The notes beneath the pieces are model-generated. The model was given only the letters and a program-made list of their open reading frames with translations. It searched no databases and was not told where the DNA came from. From NCBI GenBank assembly GCA_050251055.1, contig JBFWNL010000003.1:128001-192000 (forward strand): 64,000 bases of DNA. Reading direction: 5' to 3'. The first letter of the stretch is position 1; every line of letters starts with the position of its first letter. The position numbers and the translations under genes are program-made. The stretch comes from Bacteriovoracia bacterium (GTDB taxonomy: Bacteria; Bdellovibrionota; UBA1018; JBFWNL01). Of this stretch, positions 20,666-31,151 are shown one piece after another.

Positions 20666-21009
20666 TGGGCGGCTCCCGACGGCGCGCGCTTGCCAGAAAC
20701 CAAATTCAGGGTAATTTCGTGGTTCTTATCCGCCTTCATCTCCACGACCTGCTCCACGAAACAGCCGGTGGAACCGGTGGCGACCACGTTGTACTTACCC
20801 GGATTCAAATGGAACTCGAAGGTGCCGCCGACGGAAAGATCGGCTTGGTAAAGCAGGGTCTGACCGGCCGAGACCCAGGTTTGCACCTGGCCGCCCGCGC
20901 ACTCCGGAGTCGCCGCAAGCTTGCCCGAAATCGCGGCGGCTCCCGCCGACGACGTGACCGCGACGCTTCCCGCGATGAAGACCCCCATCCATCTCCGAAG
21001 TTTTTCCAT
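20662..21009 (-). CDS. Small secreted carboxypeptidase-regulatory-like (prealbumin-fold) protein
   Basis: Signal peptide; ISGK...GTFEFHLNPGKYNVVA; ATGA overlap with the next gene. Confidence 0.65.
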   Translation of the reverse strand: MEKLRRWMGVFIAGSVAVTSSAGAAAISGKLAATPECAGGQVQTWVSAGQTLLYQADLSVGGTFEFHLNPGKYNVVATGSTGCFVEQVVEMKADKNHEITLNLVSGKRAPSGAAQ

Positions 21010-21089
21010 CTCTCGCCTCCCCCGGAGATAATAACCTAATTCGGTTCAATGTTCTTTTTTGTTCAAAATAGGCGAGTTAAAATCTAAGC

Positions 21090-22967
21090 ATGTCAAAAAT
21101 CAGACAGATTTCCTTACGCACGGCACTGCTCTTCTTGCTACTTTTGACCATTATTTATGCCGCTTTTCGCTCGATTTCCGATCGTTCCAGCGAAGTGATC
21201 GGCTGGTTTGGCACCCGTTCCTCTCCCGAGGTTTTGATTTTGAGTGGTAGCCGCATGCTCTGCGACGTGGCAGCAGAAAAAATCAAAGCGATGTCGCCCG
21301 CGGAAAAACAAAAACTCTTACCGTTCTTCACGGCCGGGGAAAACTGGACCCTGAAGGACTTCGACCAAAAATTCCACCGCCCTTGGTGGCTGGACTACCT
21401 GCTGATTGGAGTGGACGAGGCGACGGGCACCGGCCAAACCACGGGCTATCTCGCCATGAACTGCTTCGATCGGGCCGCGGCGGAAATGGCTCCCGTGGGA
21501 TTGAACGAGCTGTTTCGCCGCAGCTTCGAGAACGTGCTCCGCCCCGGCGGTTCCAACCGCGAATACCACTACCTGCAAAACCGCTTCGTGGAAGTGGCGC
21601 CCGAGGCGTGCGCCACGGTCCTGGTCGAGCTGCTTGACTCGGGAAAGTACCAAAATATGGAATCCATTTTGCTCACGCAGCTGGTAAAGGCCGGGCCGCC
21701 CGGTTTCGCTTGGGCGGCGGCCCAGCTCAAATCACTCGCCCCCTACGTAGAGACCGAAGCCGCGGGCAATCCCCCGTTTCCCAACGGAGGCCCCCTCGTG
21801 GGCGATTTCGCGCGCCACCAGACGCTCGTCAGCTTTTTCATGACTTGGGGAGCCGCCGTGTACACCGACAAAGATCGGGCCGCCTTCCAAGACTTCCTGG
21901 ACCAACGTTCCCCCTCCGAGCAAATCTTTGTCATCCGTCACGTCGCAGGCGCCGCCAATTCGCCGAAGGAAAAACTACAGCCCCTCGCGAACCTGGCGGC
22001 CAAGCTGACGGAATCCACGACCCCCGCCATACGGGAAGCCGCGCTTCGCATCCTGAAACTACCCGCCTTCAACCGTGGGGACATGCCGGAACTGGTGGTG
22101 CCCCGGCTACAACGCTTATTCAACGAATTCAACGGTGCAGATATAGCGGGCCTTCGCGTGGTCGAAGAAATCACCCGAACCTTAGAAGGACTGCGCACGC
22201 AGTCGACCTCTTCGCCCGTCTATCTACTGCTGAAGCCCCACCTCGAACTGTTCCTGAAAAGGTTCTTCAAAGCCGCCGATCCCAGCCTCGAGATCAATCA
22301 ACGCTTTATGGGCGCCGTAGCGAGCGGCCCCCACGGTGACGCTTTCTTGCCAACGTTCACAGAGCTCCTTAAGAATCCGCGCTGGCGGAAAACCGCGCTC
22401 AAAGCCGCGCCTCACTTTCCAAAATCTCAACCCGCGCTGATCCAAGCCCTTGTCATCGGCTTTCCGAAATACACCGTGGAAGAACGAACTTACGCACTGG
22501 GAACGATCCAAAGTCTCGCAATCCGGTACCCCAACCGTCCGTCTGACGTGTTGGACATGAAGTCGCTCGATCTGATCTTCGGCGCGACCGCGCCCGAAGA
22601 TGACCAGAGTACCCTGCAAGCCTATCTACAGCTCGCAAGCTCCCTTGGAGATCTCTTCTTGGTGTACGCCCGCGACTGGGTGAAACGAAAAACCCGTCCC
22701 GACACTAGTATTTTGGTTTTATACGCTTGGTCCCGCAGAACGCCGCTCGCGGAGGACTTTGTCCCGACTTTGCTGAAGTGGCGCGCCACGAACCGCCCTC
22801 GCTGCGATCAAGCGCTGAAAAATTTATACAACTATTTCGCGTATAATTCCGAACGACGTCCGACGGCGGAGAAGATTCGCGCCGGGATGGAAAGCTGCTT
22901 ACCTCCGCCCCAAACCGACCCGCTCACCGAGGACGCCCACCTCCAGGCCGACGACCACGAAGACTAA
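21090..22967 (+). CDS. Hypothetical membrane-anchored helical (HEAT/ARM-like) protein
   Basis: 625 aa, N-terminal TM, helical repeats such as IREAALRIL, WRKTALKA. Confidence 0.6.
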   Translation: MSKIRQISLRTALLFLLLLTIIYAAFRSISDRSSEVIGWFGTRSSPEVLILSGSRMLCDVAAEKIKAMSPAEKQKLLPFFTAGENWTLKDFDQKFHRPWWLDYLLIGVDEATGTGQTTGYLAMNCFDRAAAEMAPVGLNELFRRSFENVLRPGGSNREYHYLQNRFVEVAPEACATVLVELLDSGKYQNMESILLTQLVKAGPPGFAWAAAQLKSLAPYVETEAAGNPPFPNGGPLVGDFARHQTLVSFFMTWGAAVYTDKDRAAFQDFLDQRSPSEQIFVIRHVAGAANSPKEKLQPLANLAAKLTESTTPAIREAALRILKLPAFNRGDMPELVVPRLQRLFNEFNGADIAGLRVVEEITRTLEGLRTQSTSSPVYLLLKPHLELFLKRFFKAADPSLEINQRFMGAVASGPHGDAFLPTFTELLKNPRWRKTALKAAPHFPKSQPALIQALVIGFPKYTVEERTYALGTIQSLAIRYPNRPSDVLDMKSLDLIFGATAPEDDQSTLQAYLQLASSLGDLFLVYARDWVKRKTRPDTSILVLYAWSRRTPLAEDFVPTLLKWRATNRPRCDQALKNLYNYFAYNSERRPTAEKIRAGMESCLPPPQTDPLTEDAHLQADDHED

Positions 22968-23185
22968 CGTCCGAAGAACTGATCCAACCAACGGTCGGAG
23001 TTCATATCCCCGCGGTAAATGAACCAAATCAGGGTCAGCAACAAACAGAGCCCGGTCGTGAACCAAAAGAACCACTGCGTCCGGCTCTTTTTCCGTCGGA
23101 AATAGAGGCCGATATCGGCCAGGACAATGGCTAGAGGAACCGCCCAATAAGGGAAGAATCGTACTGCGGCGTAAATGAGTACCAT
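22964..23185 (-). CDS. Small membrane protein
   Basis: 73 aa, two hydrophobic segments, 12 bp downstream of metK. Confidence 0.65.
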   Translation of the reverse strand: MVLIYAAVRFFPYWAVPLAIVLADIGLYFRRKKSRTQWFFWFTTGLCLLLTLIWFIYRGDMNSDRWLDQFFGR

Positions 23186-23197
23186 CTACGCCTTAGC

Positions 23198-24367
23198 TTA
23201 CTTGAGTTTCTTGAGGTCGGCTACCTTATCGGTCTTCTCCCAGGTGAACTCCGGCTCGCTCCGGCCGAAGTGGCCGTAGGCCGCCGTCTTGGAATAGATC
23301 GGGCGGAGCAGGTTCAGGCTGGAGATGATGCCGGCGGGCTTGAGCTGGAAGTACTCGCGCGCGGCATTTTCCAGCACGTGGGAGGCGACCTTCTCGGTGC
23401 CGAAGGCGTTCACGTTCACGCTGACGGGTTCGGCGACGCCAATGGCGTAAGCCAACTGAACCATGCAACGGTCCGCGAGTTCGGCCGCGACGAGGTTCTT
23501 GGCCACGTAACGGGCCATGTAGCAAGCCGAGCGGTCAACCTTCGAGGGATCCTTGCCGGAGAACGCACCACCGCCGTGGGCGCCGTGGCCGCCGTAGGTG
23601 TCGACGATGATCTTCCGGCCGGTGAGGCCGCAATCGCCCATCGGGCCGCCGATAACGAAACGGCCCGTCGGGTTAATGAAAAACTTGGTTTTGTTGTCCA
23701 GGAATTGCGCGGGAATGACCTTCTTCACCACTTCCTCGATGAGCGCTTCTTGGATCTGTTTGTGCGTGACTTTTTCGTCGTGCTGGGAACTCACCACCAC
23801 GGCGTCCACGCGACGGGGCTTGCCACCTTCATATTCGATGGTGACCTGGGTCTTGCCGTCGGGGCGGAGCCAGGGGAGCGTGCCGTCCTTGCGGACTTGG
23901 GAGAGGCGCATGGCCAGCTTCTGCGAAAGATCGATCGAGAGCGGCATGAGCTCTTGCGATTCCTTGATCGCGTAACCAAACATCAGGCCCTGGTCGCCGG
24001 CGCCTTGCTCGCCCGCGTTCATCGCCCCCGCGCCAGCAGTCACGCCTTGGGAGATATCCGGCGATTGGCGGTCGAGGGTGACCATCACGCCGCAGGTCTT
24101 GTAATCAAAGCCCTTGGCCGAATCGTCGTAGCCGATCTTCTTGATGGTTTCACGCGCGATATGCGCGTAGTCCACGCGAGCGTTGGTGGTCACTTCACCG
24201 GCGATGACGACCAAGCCCGTGGTGATCAGGGTTTCGCAAGCCACGCGGGACTTGGGATCTTGCTCGAGGATCGCGTCGAGAACGGCGTCGGAGATCTGGT
24301 CGGCGATCTTATCCGGATGGCCTTCGGTGACGGATTCGGAGGTAAAAAGAGTACGATTAGTCGACAT
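23198..24367 (-). CDS. metK: S-adenosylmethionine synthetase
   Basis: [28 protein letters not shown] signatures. Confidence 0.98.
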   Translation of the reverse strand: MSTNRTLFTSESVTEGHPDKIADQISDAVLDAILEQDPKSRVACETLITTGLVVIAGEVTTNARVDYAHIARETIKKIGYDDSAKGFDYKTCGVMVTLDRQSPDISQGVTAGAGAMNAGEQGAGDQGLMFGYAIKESQELMPLSIDLSQKLAMRLSQVRKDGTLPWLRPDGKTQVTIEYEGGKPRRVDAVVVSSQHDEKVTHKQIQEALIEEVVKKVIPAQFLDNKTKFFINPTGRFVIGGPMGDCGLTGRKIIVDTYGGHGAHGGGAFSGKDPSKVDRSACYMARYVAKNLVAAELADRCMVQLAYAIGVAEPVSVNVNAFGTEKVASHVLENAAREYFQLKPAGIISSLNLLRPIYSKTAAYGHFGRSEPEFTWEKTDKVADLKKLK

Positions 24368-24699
24368 AGTGAGCCTTTCTTATATAAGGTCCTAACCGTG
24401 TAGCCCCGCCGGAGTGGCCTTGTCAATCAAGTAACTTGCAAATGCCCGCTCTAACGGCGAACCCCCTGCTCCCGTAGGCCAAGCAAGGGGGGGGGTAAAA
24501 AGCCATCCCGCACCCATGACGCAAGTGGCCATCTGTTTTTAAGCCGAAATCCAGGGGAGTTCACTGGTTTTTATCATCAGTATTTTTAATTAACTTTTAT
24601 AAAATCAAATCATTTTATTGCATGAGCGATCTTCGGTAGAACCCACTTGTTCAAACGGACGGACCGGCGCTGATGCCGGCCAGATTTAGGGGAACAAAT

Positions 24700-25218
24700 A
24701 TGAAAACCATGAATGCAGTAGCCGCTTCGATCGCCATGCTTGTGACCATCGGCGCTTCCGCGGAAGTGAAGCCGGTGGGTACACGCCTCGCGATCGAACA
24801 AGCCGAAATGAAGGTGACGAAAGCCACCCAAGTCTATAATCAACACGAAAACGTCGACCTCGTGTCTTATGAGTTCGTCGGTATGGAGAAAAAAGAAATC
24901 GACATGCATTTCACGATGCCGGACGCTCGCACGATGCCAGTCACTTTCGAAGTAAAAGCCGTGAAGGCGGCGGGCTGCGGATCCCAGCTTATCATCGCTG
25001 AAACGGCGCCGCCCGTGCACACCGGCATGAGCTACACCAAAGAGCGCCTGGAACTCGTCGATCACCGCACCCGCCTGTGCGAGGACTTCCGTCCTTATAT
25101 GTGGGAAGCGAAAGTGACGAAGATCCGCGTGACTGGATTCAAGGAAGCCGTGAAAGGGCAACTGAATCTCGTGGGCAATCCGGAAGCGCTCTTTCACACG
25201 ATGTCCGTCGAGCGCTAA
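24700..25218 (+). CDS. Hypothetical secreted protein
   Basis: Signal peptide ASA-E; GCGS and DHRTRLCED Cys pair; AGGGG RBS. Confidence 0.7.
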   Translation: MKTMNAVAASIAMLVTIGASAEVKPVGTRLAIEQAEMKVTKATQVYNQHENVDLVSYEFVGMEKKEIDMHFTMPDARTMPVTFEVKAVKAAGCGSQLIIAETAPPVHTGMSYTKERLELVDHRTRLCEDFRPYMWEAKVTKIRVTGFKEAVKGQLNLVGNPEALFHTMSVER

Positions 25219-25272
25219 TTCTCGGTTAGCTTGCTTAGCTAGAAAGACGGCGGCCATTCGAGCCGACTTTAA

Positions 25273-25306
25273 ACCAGCCTCCCCTACCGGGGAGGCTGGT
25301 ATTTTT
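25273..25306 (+). terminator. Intrinsic terminator
   Basis: ACCAGCCTCCCC-TACC-GGGGAGGCTGGT followed by ATTTTT. Confidence 0.8.
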
Positions 25307-25329
25307 ATTTCGTCGTCGTCAAATCCGAC

Positions 25330-26952
25330 CTAAAAGCCGGAACGAATTCGGGACAGTAGTTCGTAGATCACGGGATCCTGGGTACCCCGCCGCATTCGCA
25401 GCGCATTTTGGATATCCACAGAGGTGACCCCCACGTAGGGATTCTCGAAGCCGCCGGTCTGGAGCCCACTCACGGAGTACTGGGGCAGGCGTCCACCAAC
25501 CCGCGTGAATACACCATTCAGGCCGGGCCAGTCGAATACCTTCAGACCAGCGAAGACCACGCCATTGACGCCCACACCCGCGTCGGTGTGGAATTCCACG
25601 GCGTGCGAATCCGGGCTCGTGCCGCCCGCCTTTCGCGCGATGATCGTGTTCGTGATGCGGGCCGAGTGAATATGTTCCAGCCACATCCCCAGCCCGCGAC
25701 GCTCGATTCCTTGGGCGGTAACCACGTCATGAGCGTCCATGACGATGTTGCCGTCAGCGACCACGTCGACGCCATTGGACGGCGCCGGTGTATCGGGACA
25801 TCCTCCACAGAGCATCCCCAGCTGAAAACCCATGGCGGCGTCTACGATCAGGTTGTCGCTGAAAACACCCCCACCGCGGTGATGAGCGCCCCAGCCACCC
25901 GATCGCGTGATCAGGTTCTTCCGCACGGTCGAGATCGTGTCTTGCTGGATGTACATCGCCGTACCCCGCAGGTTGGCGGGACGCCCGTCATACATGCCGC
26001 CGCACTGGTCGAACACGTTCTCCTCCACGAGGATGTTTCCGTGATCTTTGGCCAAGTAGAGGCAGAAGTTACCGCCACCCGGATCCGAAGTGCTGGAGCG
26101 GGAAAAGATATTTCTCCGTAACGTCAGATCGGTGATCCCCTCGATGGCGACCAAGCTGGTCGCGTCATGGAAGTGGTTCCCCTCGAGCAAAAGATCACGT
26201 CCGCCGTCTACCCCCCACCGAAAGGCCGTGGCACAACCGGTGGCATCGACCTCGAGATCGGTCAGCGCGAGAAAACTCGATAGGCTGCCTAAGCCCGTGA
26301 TCGCGGCCTCATCGCATAGGGATCCCGGCGCGATGCGCGGGCGGGCGCCGGTACCATAGGCCGTGATCACTTGGCGTGCCGATGGGGAAACTCCCTTCTT
26401 AAGCCCCAACGACTCGCGCCAGGTATCGCCACGTTTTAAGTACAGATAGTCCGGCTGACCGCTGCGAAGCATGCTGTAGCCCTTAGCCAGCGTGCGATAA
26501 GGCAAGGAGATCGTCCCCGGATTGCTGTCACTTCCTGTACTCGAAGAAACGTAGATCATACGGGATGCAGAGCTAGGAACCAGGTCGGTCCAGCCCTGTG
26601 GGACGGGGGGCTCGATTCCGCAGACCGCGGGCTGGGGATCCGCCTGGTAAGCCCGAAAATTCTCGATGAAAGCCACAATGTCCAGCACATCCCCCTGCCC
26701 GTTGCCGTCGAAATCCACCGCCGGCTGAGCTGGGTTGGCGTTAAAAGCAGTGGAAAATGCCGTGATGTCGGAATTGTTCACCACCCCATCTCGATTGAAG
26801 TCCGGACATCGGAGGACCCGGAGCGGACTCGACGAGACCGGCGGATCAATCGGTGACGCAACCTTCAAACGGCGGGCTTCCGCCACCCCCCCCATAAGAC
26901 TCAAACTCAACCCTAATGCAAGGCAGCGAACGGACAAATGCAATGTTCTCAT
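25330..26952 (-). CDS. Secreted right-handed beta-helix protein with N-terminal dockerin-like Ca-binding repeat pair
   Basis: Signal peptide AEA; CPDFNRDGVVNNSDITAF and VDFDGNGQGDVLDIVAF; IYVSSSTGSDSNPG, LKRGDTW; beta-helix repeats (LEGNHF, RRNIF, EENVF). Confidence 0.75.
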   Translation of the reverse strand: MRTLHLSVRCLALGLSLSLMGGVAEARRLKVASPIDPPVSSSPLRVLRCPDFNRDGVVNNSDITAFSTAFNANPAQPAVDFDGNGQGDVLDIVAFIENFRAYQADPQPAVCGIEPPVPQGWTDLVPSSASRMIYVSSSTGSDSNPGTISLPYRTLAKGYSMLRSGQPDYLYLKRGDTWRESLGLKKGVSPSARQVITAYGTGARPRIAPGSLCDEAAITGLGSLSSFLALTDLEVDATGCATAFRWGVDGGRDLLLEGNHFHDATSLVAIEGITDLTLRRNIFSRSSTSDPGGGNFCLYLAKDHGNILVEENVFDQCGGMYDGRPANLRGTAMYIQQDTISTVRKNLITRSGGWGAHHRGGGVFSDNLIVDAAMGFQLGMLCGGCPDTPAPSNGVDVVADGNIVMDAHDVVTAQGIERRGLGMWLEHIHSARITNTIIARKAGGTSPDSHAVEFHTDAGVGVNGVVFAGLKVFDWPGLNGVFTRVGGRLPQYSVSGLQTGGFENPYVGVTSVDIQNALRMRRGTQDPVIYELLSRIRSGF

Positions 26953-27107
26953 GATTCCCCCGAATCTAGTTTCAATCCCCCCACTCCCTCGATTGTCCCG
27001 GAGCCGAGCTTCGGACTCCACTCTTCCCGTATCGAGATAAGCATCAACGTATTCTGCCCGTATTCTCTATCCCGCTGATTCGGCCTTCGGCTTGCTTACG
27101 CCTTTCC

Positions 27108-28538
27108 ATGCCTATCTTTGCTTTCCTTTATTTTAGTTCCCTGTTTATCCATCCCAGCCAGGCGACGCCTGAAGCAATCGAACGCGCGCCCTTATTTATA
27201 GGCGAAAACGAACAGCGGGTTCTCCACTTGCCCGGCCTGAAGCGCTTCGCCCTAGGCTCCAACAGGGTCCGCATGACGGCGCTTCCGTCTGATCGTGACA
27301 CCTTCTTACTGAAAGGCGTGTCCGTGGGCGCCACCGACCTTTGGGTGTGGCGGAAAGCTGGACCGCCGGAGCATTGGCCAATCCAAGTCGAGAAATGGAC
27401 GGCCCCCAAGGAAATCCTACGGGCGGTTTCGCAGCTACGGGAAGTAGAAGTAATCCCCGTGGGAGGCCAGGCCGTACTACGGGGAACCATCCACACGCCG
27501 GGCGAGGCATCCCGCGTTCAAGCGCTCCGGCGCGAGTTTCCCCAACACATCACGGACGAGACCACGATCGATCCCGAGTGGCTTATGCGCGCGAAGGCAG
27601 AACTTGAAGCATGGAAAAAGCGGCTTCCCGCGCGCGTGGAGCTCGAGCTCGAACCAGTGGATGACCAACTTTGGTTGCGAGGCGCCGTCAGCGAGCCTTC
27701 GCTACGGGGGAGTTTAGAGACGCAAGCCCGACGCATTTTTCCACCCGTTCAACTGGATCTCGAAGCCCTTCCTTCCCCCAGTAAGACCATTTACTTTCGC
27801 GTTTTCCTGCTCGAGGTAAAACGCCAGGAATTCCAGTCCCTCGGCCTGGGCTGGCCGGGAGCGCAAGAAGGTTTCGTGCGCTTCGCGCCGGGCGCCTGGA
27901 ACACAAACTTCGATTTTAGCCTCCGGCTCCAAGCGTTGTCGCAAACCGGCGGGGTGAAGGTGCTCTCGAACCCCGAGATCCTCGTGCGGGCCCCCGGGGA
28001 AGCCGAGCTCTTCACGGGAGGTGAAGTCCCGCTGCGCCAGCAGAATCACTATATGTTCAAAGTGGAGTACCGACCGTTCGGCCTGATCCTCAAACTCAAG
28101 GTGACCCACTTCACCTCCACTACCGTGCGCTTTGACATCTCCACCGAAGTAAGCCAGCTCGACGCCCAAATCGGCCAAGACCAAATTCCTGGCTTCCAGG
28201 CCAACCGCATGAAAACGCAGATCGACGCCAAATTCGGGCATCCGCTGATGCTCTGCGGGTTGTTGCACGAGAGCATGCGCAGGCGGGTCCAAGGTCTGCC
28301 GGTGCTGAAAGACATCCCCGTACTGGGCAAGCTCTTCGGCTCGGAGGACTACCAAAGCGAGCGCTCGGAACTCGTGGCGGTGGTCATTCCCAACTCCCGT
28401 CCCCCCACCGCGCCCACCGAAAGGCTGGGATTGCACCTTCCCAGGGGCCCCGTACCCCCTCCTCGCAACTGGATCTCGCCAAGGGAAGAGGCCCACCTTC
28501 GACGAAGCCCCAATTTCCCATGGAATGCCTTGGAATGA
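27108..28538 (+). CDS. cpaC: Tad/Flp pilus secretin CpaC/RcpA-like
   Basis: Signal peptide; LKGVSVGATDLWVW, BON-like middle, VLSNPEI...FTGGEVP, GLPVLKDIPVLGKLFGS. Confidence 0.8.
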   Translation: MPIFAFLYFSSLFIHPSQATPEAIERAPLFIGENEQRVLHLPGLKRFALGSNRVRMTALPSDRDTFLLKGVSVGATDLWVWRKAGPPEHWPIQVEKWTAPKEILRAVSQLREVEVIPVGGQAVLRGTIHTPGEASRVQALRREFPQHITDETTIDPEWLMRAKAELEAWKKRLPARVELELEPVDDQLWLRGAVSEPSLRGSLETQARRIFPPVQLDLEALPSPSKTIYFRVFLLEVKRQEFQSLGLGWPGAQEGFVRFAPGAWNTNFDFSLRLQALSQTGGVKVLSNPEILVRAPGEAELFTGGEVPLRQQNHYMFKVEYRPFGLILKLKVTHFTSTTVRFDISTEVSQLDAQIGQDQIPGFQANRMKTQIDAKFGHPLMLCGLLHESMRRRVQGLPVLKDIPVLGKLFGSEDYQSERSELVAVVIPNSRPPTAPTERLGLHLPRGPVPPPRNWISPREEAHLRRSPNFPWNALE

Positions 28539-29482
28539 GCGCGTTCTCCGCTCCCCCGGAAATCCAGGCGGTAGTCGCGGATCCCTTCGTCACGGATATC
28601 TGTCTCAACGGCCCGAGCGAGCTTTATGTCGACCGGGGAAAGAAGCTCGAGTCCGCGCCAGCACCGACCGGCTGGACAGAAGCCGCCTATCGCGAATGGG
28701 CACTCCATCTGGTCTCGCTCACGGGCAAGACTTGGGACGCGAAGCATCCTTTCCTGGACGGCACGCTACCCACCGGACACCGCCTTCACGTCGCCTTCCC
28801 GCCCCTAGCCCGGCAAGGAATCCTGATTTCGTTGCGGCGCTTGCCGGGAGCCCGCTCGGTGGCCGCCGATGGGCCGTCGCGAACCTGGTCTGACCAACCC
28901 GGATACGCTCGATTGAGGGATGCCGTCACGCGCCACGAAAACATTCTGGTCGCGGGCGCGACCGGATCGGGCAAAACCACCCTGGTGAACGAACTCCTCT
29001 CTCATGCCGATCCCGCGGAGCGCATCGTCGCGCTCGAAGACACGCCCGAGCTGCAACCACGACACCCCCACTTCGTGAGCCTGATCGCGCGTCCCGCCAA
29101 CGCCGATGGCTTCGGCGAGGTCACGCTTCGGCAACTCCTGAAACAAACCCTACGCATGCGCCCGGACCGCGTGATCGTCGGGGAGAGCCGGGGCGAAGAG
29201 GTGCTCGATCTTCTGCAAGGCCTGAACACGGGCCACCGGGGGTGTCTCACCACCGTTCACGCCAATTCGGCGCGCGACGGTCTACGTCGCCTCGAGCTGC
29301 TCTGCCTGCTCCACGCCGGGCGCGAGCTCCCCCTGACTAGCGTCCGCGACCTGCTGGCGCATGGGCTGCAGTGGGTCGTCCACCTCGAACGAAACGCCGA
29401 GGGCGCGCGACGAATCCGGGAAATCGTACGGGTGGAGGGAAAGGAAGGGGATACCCTGTTACTTCGGCCGATGCTAAACTAA
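28535..29482 (+). CDS. cpaF: Tad pilus ATPase CpaF/TadA
   Basis: GATGSGKTT, EDTPEL, LRMRPDRVIVGE.RG, NTGHRG..TTVHANS; ATGA overlap with the secretin gene. Confidence 0.88.
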   Translation: MSAFSAPPEIQAVVADPFVTDICLNGPSELYVDRGKKLESAPAPTGWTEAAYREWALHLVSLTGKTWDAKHPFLDGTLPTGHRLHVAFPPLARQGILISLRRLPGARSVAADGPSRTWSDQPGYARLRDAVTRHENILVAGATGSGKTTLVNELLSHADPAERIVALEDTPELQPRHPHFVSLIARPANADGFGEVTLRQLLKQTLRMRPDRVIVGESRGEEVLDLLQGLNTGHRGCLTTVHANSARDGLRRLELLCLLHAGRELPLTSVRDLLAHGLQWVVHLERNAEGARRIREIVRVEGKEGDTLLLRPMLN

Positions 29483-29489
29483 AGGGGCC

Positions 29490-29969
29490 ATGCCGATCGC
29501 GCGCTCTCCTAGCCACGCCCTGGGATTCCGACTAATGGGCCTAGCCTACCTCGCGGCCGGGGTGGGTTTCTTCTTCCTCGAAAGCCAGGCGCTCTATTTA
29601 ATGAATTTTCTGTCGGGGCTTCTCCCCTCGCTTCAGCTGACGGATGTCCCGGCGACCACGGGAAAATTCTGGCTCATTCCGGGAGTCACCCTTTACGTCG
29701 TTTCCAGCTTCCTGTGCTTCGCCACCGCGCAGTTTCCGGCGCGCCGAACTTTCCCCGGGCTACTACTCACGGCCAACGCGGTGTCCGCCGCCTTGTATTG
29801 GTATTTATTTCAACGTGAAGAGCGGCAGGTTGGGTATTGGCTAGGGGTGATCCTCGATGCCAGCGTCGCCGTCCTCGCGCTTTTCGGAGTTCTGCACGCC
29901 ATCGCCCGCCGCACGACTGCCCGTAATCTGGCCGATCTCACCGAAACCCAGGAAATTACCCGGCCATGA
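29490..29969 (+). CDS. Hypothetical 4-TM membrane protein
   Basis: Four hydrophobic segments; ATGA overlap with the next gene. Confidence 0.6.
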   Translation: MPIARSPSHALGFRLMGLAYLAAGVGFFFLESQALYLMNFLSGLLPSLQLTDVPATTGKFWLIPGVTLYVVSSFLCFATAQFPARRTFPGLLLTANAVSAALYWYLFQREERQVGYWLGVILDASVAVLALFGVLHAIARRTTARNLADLTETQEITRP

Positions 29970-31144
29970 GATTCCTTCTTCTCGCATGCCTGGGTCTAAC
30001 TGGGTTCGCCCTACCCGTCCACGCCTGGGAATTCGACGCCAAATCCGAGGGAAAAACGCATGTCTATTATCGCGATATCGGCGGTCGCGGAGTTTCCGCT
30101 TACGCACAGTCGGTAGTGAACTTCACCTCCTTGAACACGCGCCTACGCGCGAGCACGGAGCGATCCTACTTCGAATTCCAACCCGAGGTTCGCTTCCTCT
30201 TCGGCGACTTCGGCGGCACCACGCCGGCGGACGCCGCCTACCTTTCGGTCCGCTCGCCCGATCGCGCGATCGGCTTAAGCCGTCAGCTTTTTTTAAGTGA
30301 AACCGCGGCGGGTGAGTTCGACGTGCAGCGCCTGAACTACACGTACCAGTACGAAGGCTTGGAATTCTCGATCGGACGAAAACCGTTTAGCCTGGGCGTG
30401 CTCCGGGCGATGCCGGTTTGGAATAAATTTTCGCGCCCGTTGCCCGTTACGGCCGGGCCCGCGCTCATTCACGGCGTGGACTCGCTGGCCTATCGTCATC
30501 AAATCGGCGACTGGGTGATGGAAAATGTTTTGGTCGCAGGACCGCGCCGGGAGGAGCACGCGCTTTTCCTGCAGGGAATCTGGTTCGCCGAATTCGCGGA
30601 ACTCCACGGGTTAGTGGCCCGCTGGTGGGACGCCTGGGTGCTCGGTTTCGCGATGGCTAAAGATGTGGGCGGCGCCACCTTGCGCACGGAAATTCTCGGC
30701 ATCGACGTTACGGCAGGCGGTCCCGAGCGCCAGCTGCAGTGGGGTTTGGGCGGAGAGTACGCGCTTAATGAAAACTGGAGCCTACTCGCCGAGGTCCTCT
30801 ACCAAAGCCGCGGGATTACCCAGACGGCGGACTATACCGTCGCCCTGCCTTCGCGGTTCATGTCGTTCCGCGGTCGCTGGTACAGCCTGCTCCAGGCCCA
30901 ATACAAGGCAAACGCGCTGTGGACGCTTTCGCTGGGCATCCTAACGAACTGCACGGACTTCAGCCATTACCTCAGTCCCAAGGCCCAGTACGCCATCAAC
31001 CAGAAGGCCGACTTTTTCGTAGAAGCAAATCTTCCCGTAGGCGGACACCTCACCGAATACTCGGCGCGCTCGATTTCCGCGACGAACGGACTTTACTACG
31101 GCGCCCCCACGCAAATCACCGCGGGCCTGAACTTCGCATTTTAG
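29966..31144 (+). CDS. Probable outer-membrane beta-barrel protein
   Basis: Signal peptide VHA-W; alternating aromatic beta-strands; C-terminal AGLNFAF Bam-type signal. Confidence 0.7.
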   Translation: MRFLLLACLGLTGFALPVHAWEFDAKSEGKTHVYYRDIGGRGVSAYAQSVVNFTSLNTRLRASTERSYFEFQPEVRFLFGDFGGTTPADAAYLSVRSPDRAIGLSRQLFLSETAAGEFDVQRLNYTYQYEGLEFSIGRKPFSLGVLRAMPVWNKFSRPLPVTAGPALIHGVDSLAYRHQIGDWVMENVLVAGPRREEHALFLQGIWFAEFAELHGLVARWWDAWVLGFAMAKDVGGATLRTEILGIDVTAGGPERQLQWGLGGEYALNENWSLLAEVLYQSRGITQTADYTVALPSRFMSFRGRWYSLLQAQYKANALWTLSLGILTNCTDFSHYLSPKAQYAINQKADFFVEANLPVGGHLTEYSARSISATNGLYYGAPTQITAGLNFAF

Positions 31145-31151
31145 TCGAACG

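Noticed and set aside
23270-24403. 377-aa ORF antisense to metK, and similar long antisense ORFs over fliG, topA and the LysM gene
   Set aside because: Shadow frames expected from high-GC codon bias opposite well-conserved genes.
24368-24560. SAM riboswitch upstream of metK
   Set aside because: A hairpin exists near 24462-24495, but no SAM-I/II core was recognised and a likely TTGACA -35 (24421-24426, minus strand) leaves too short a leader.
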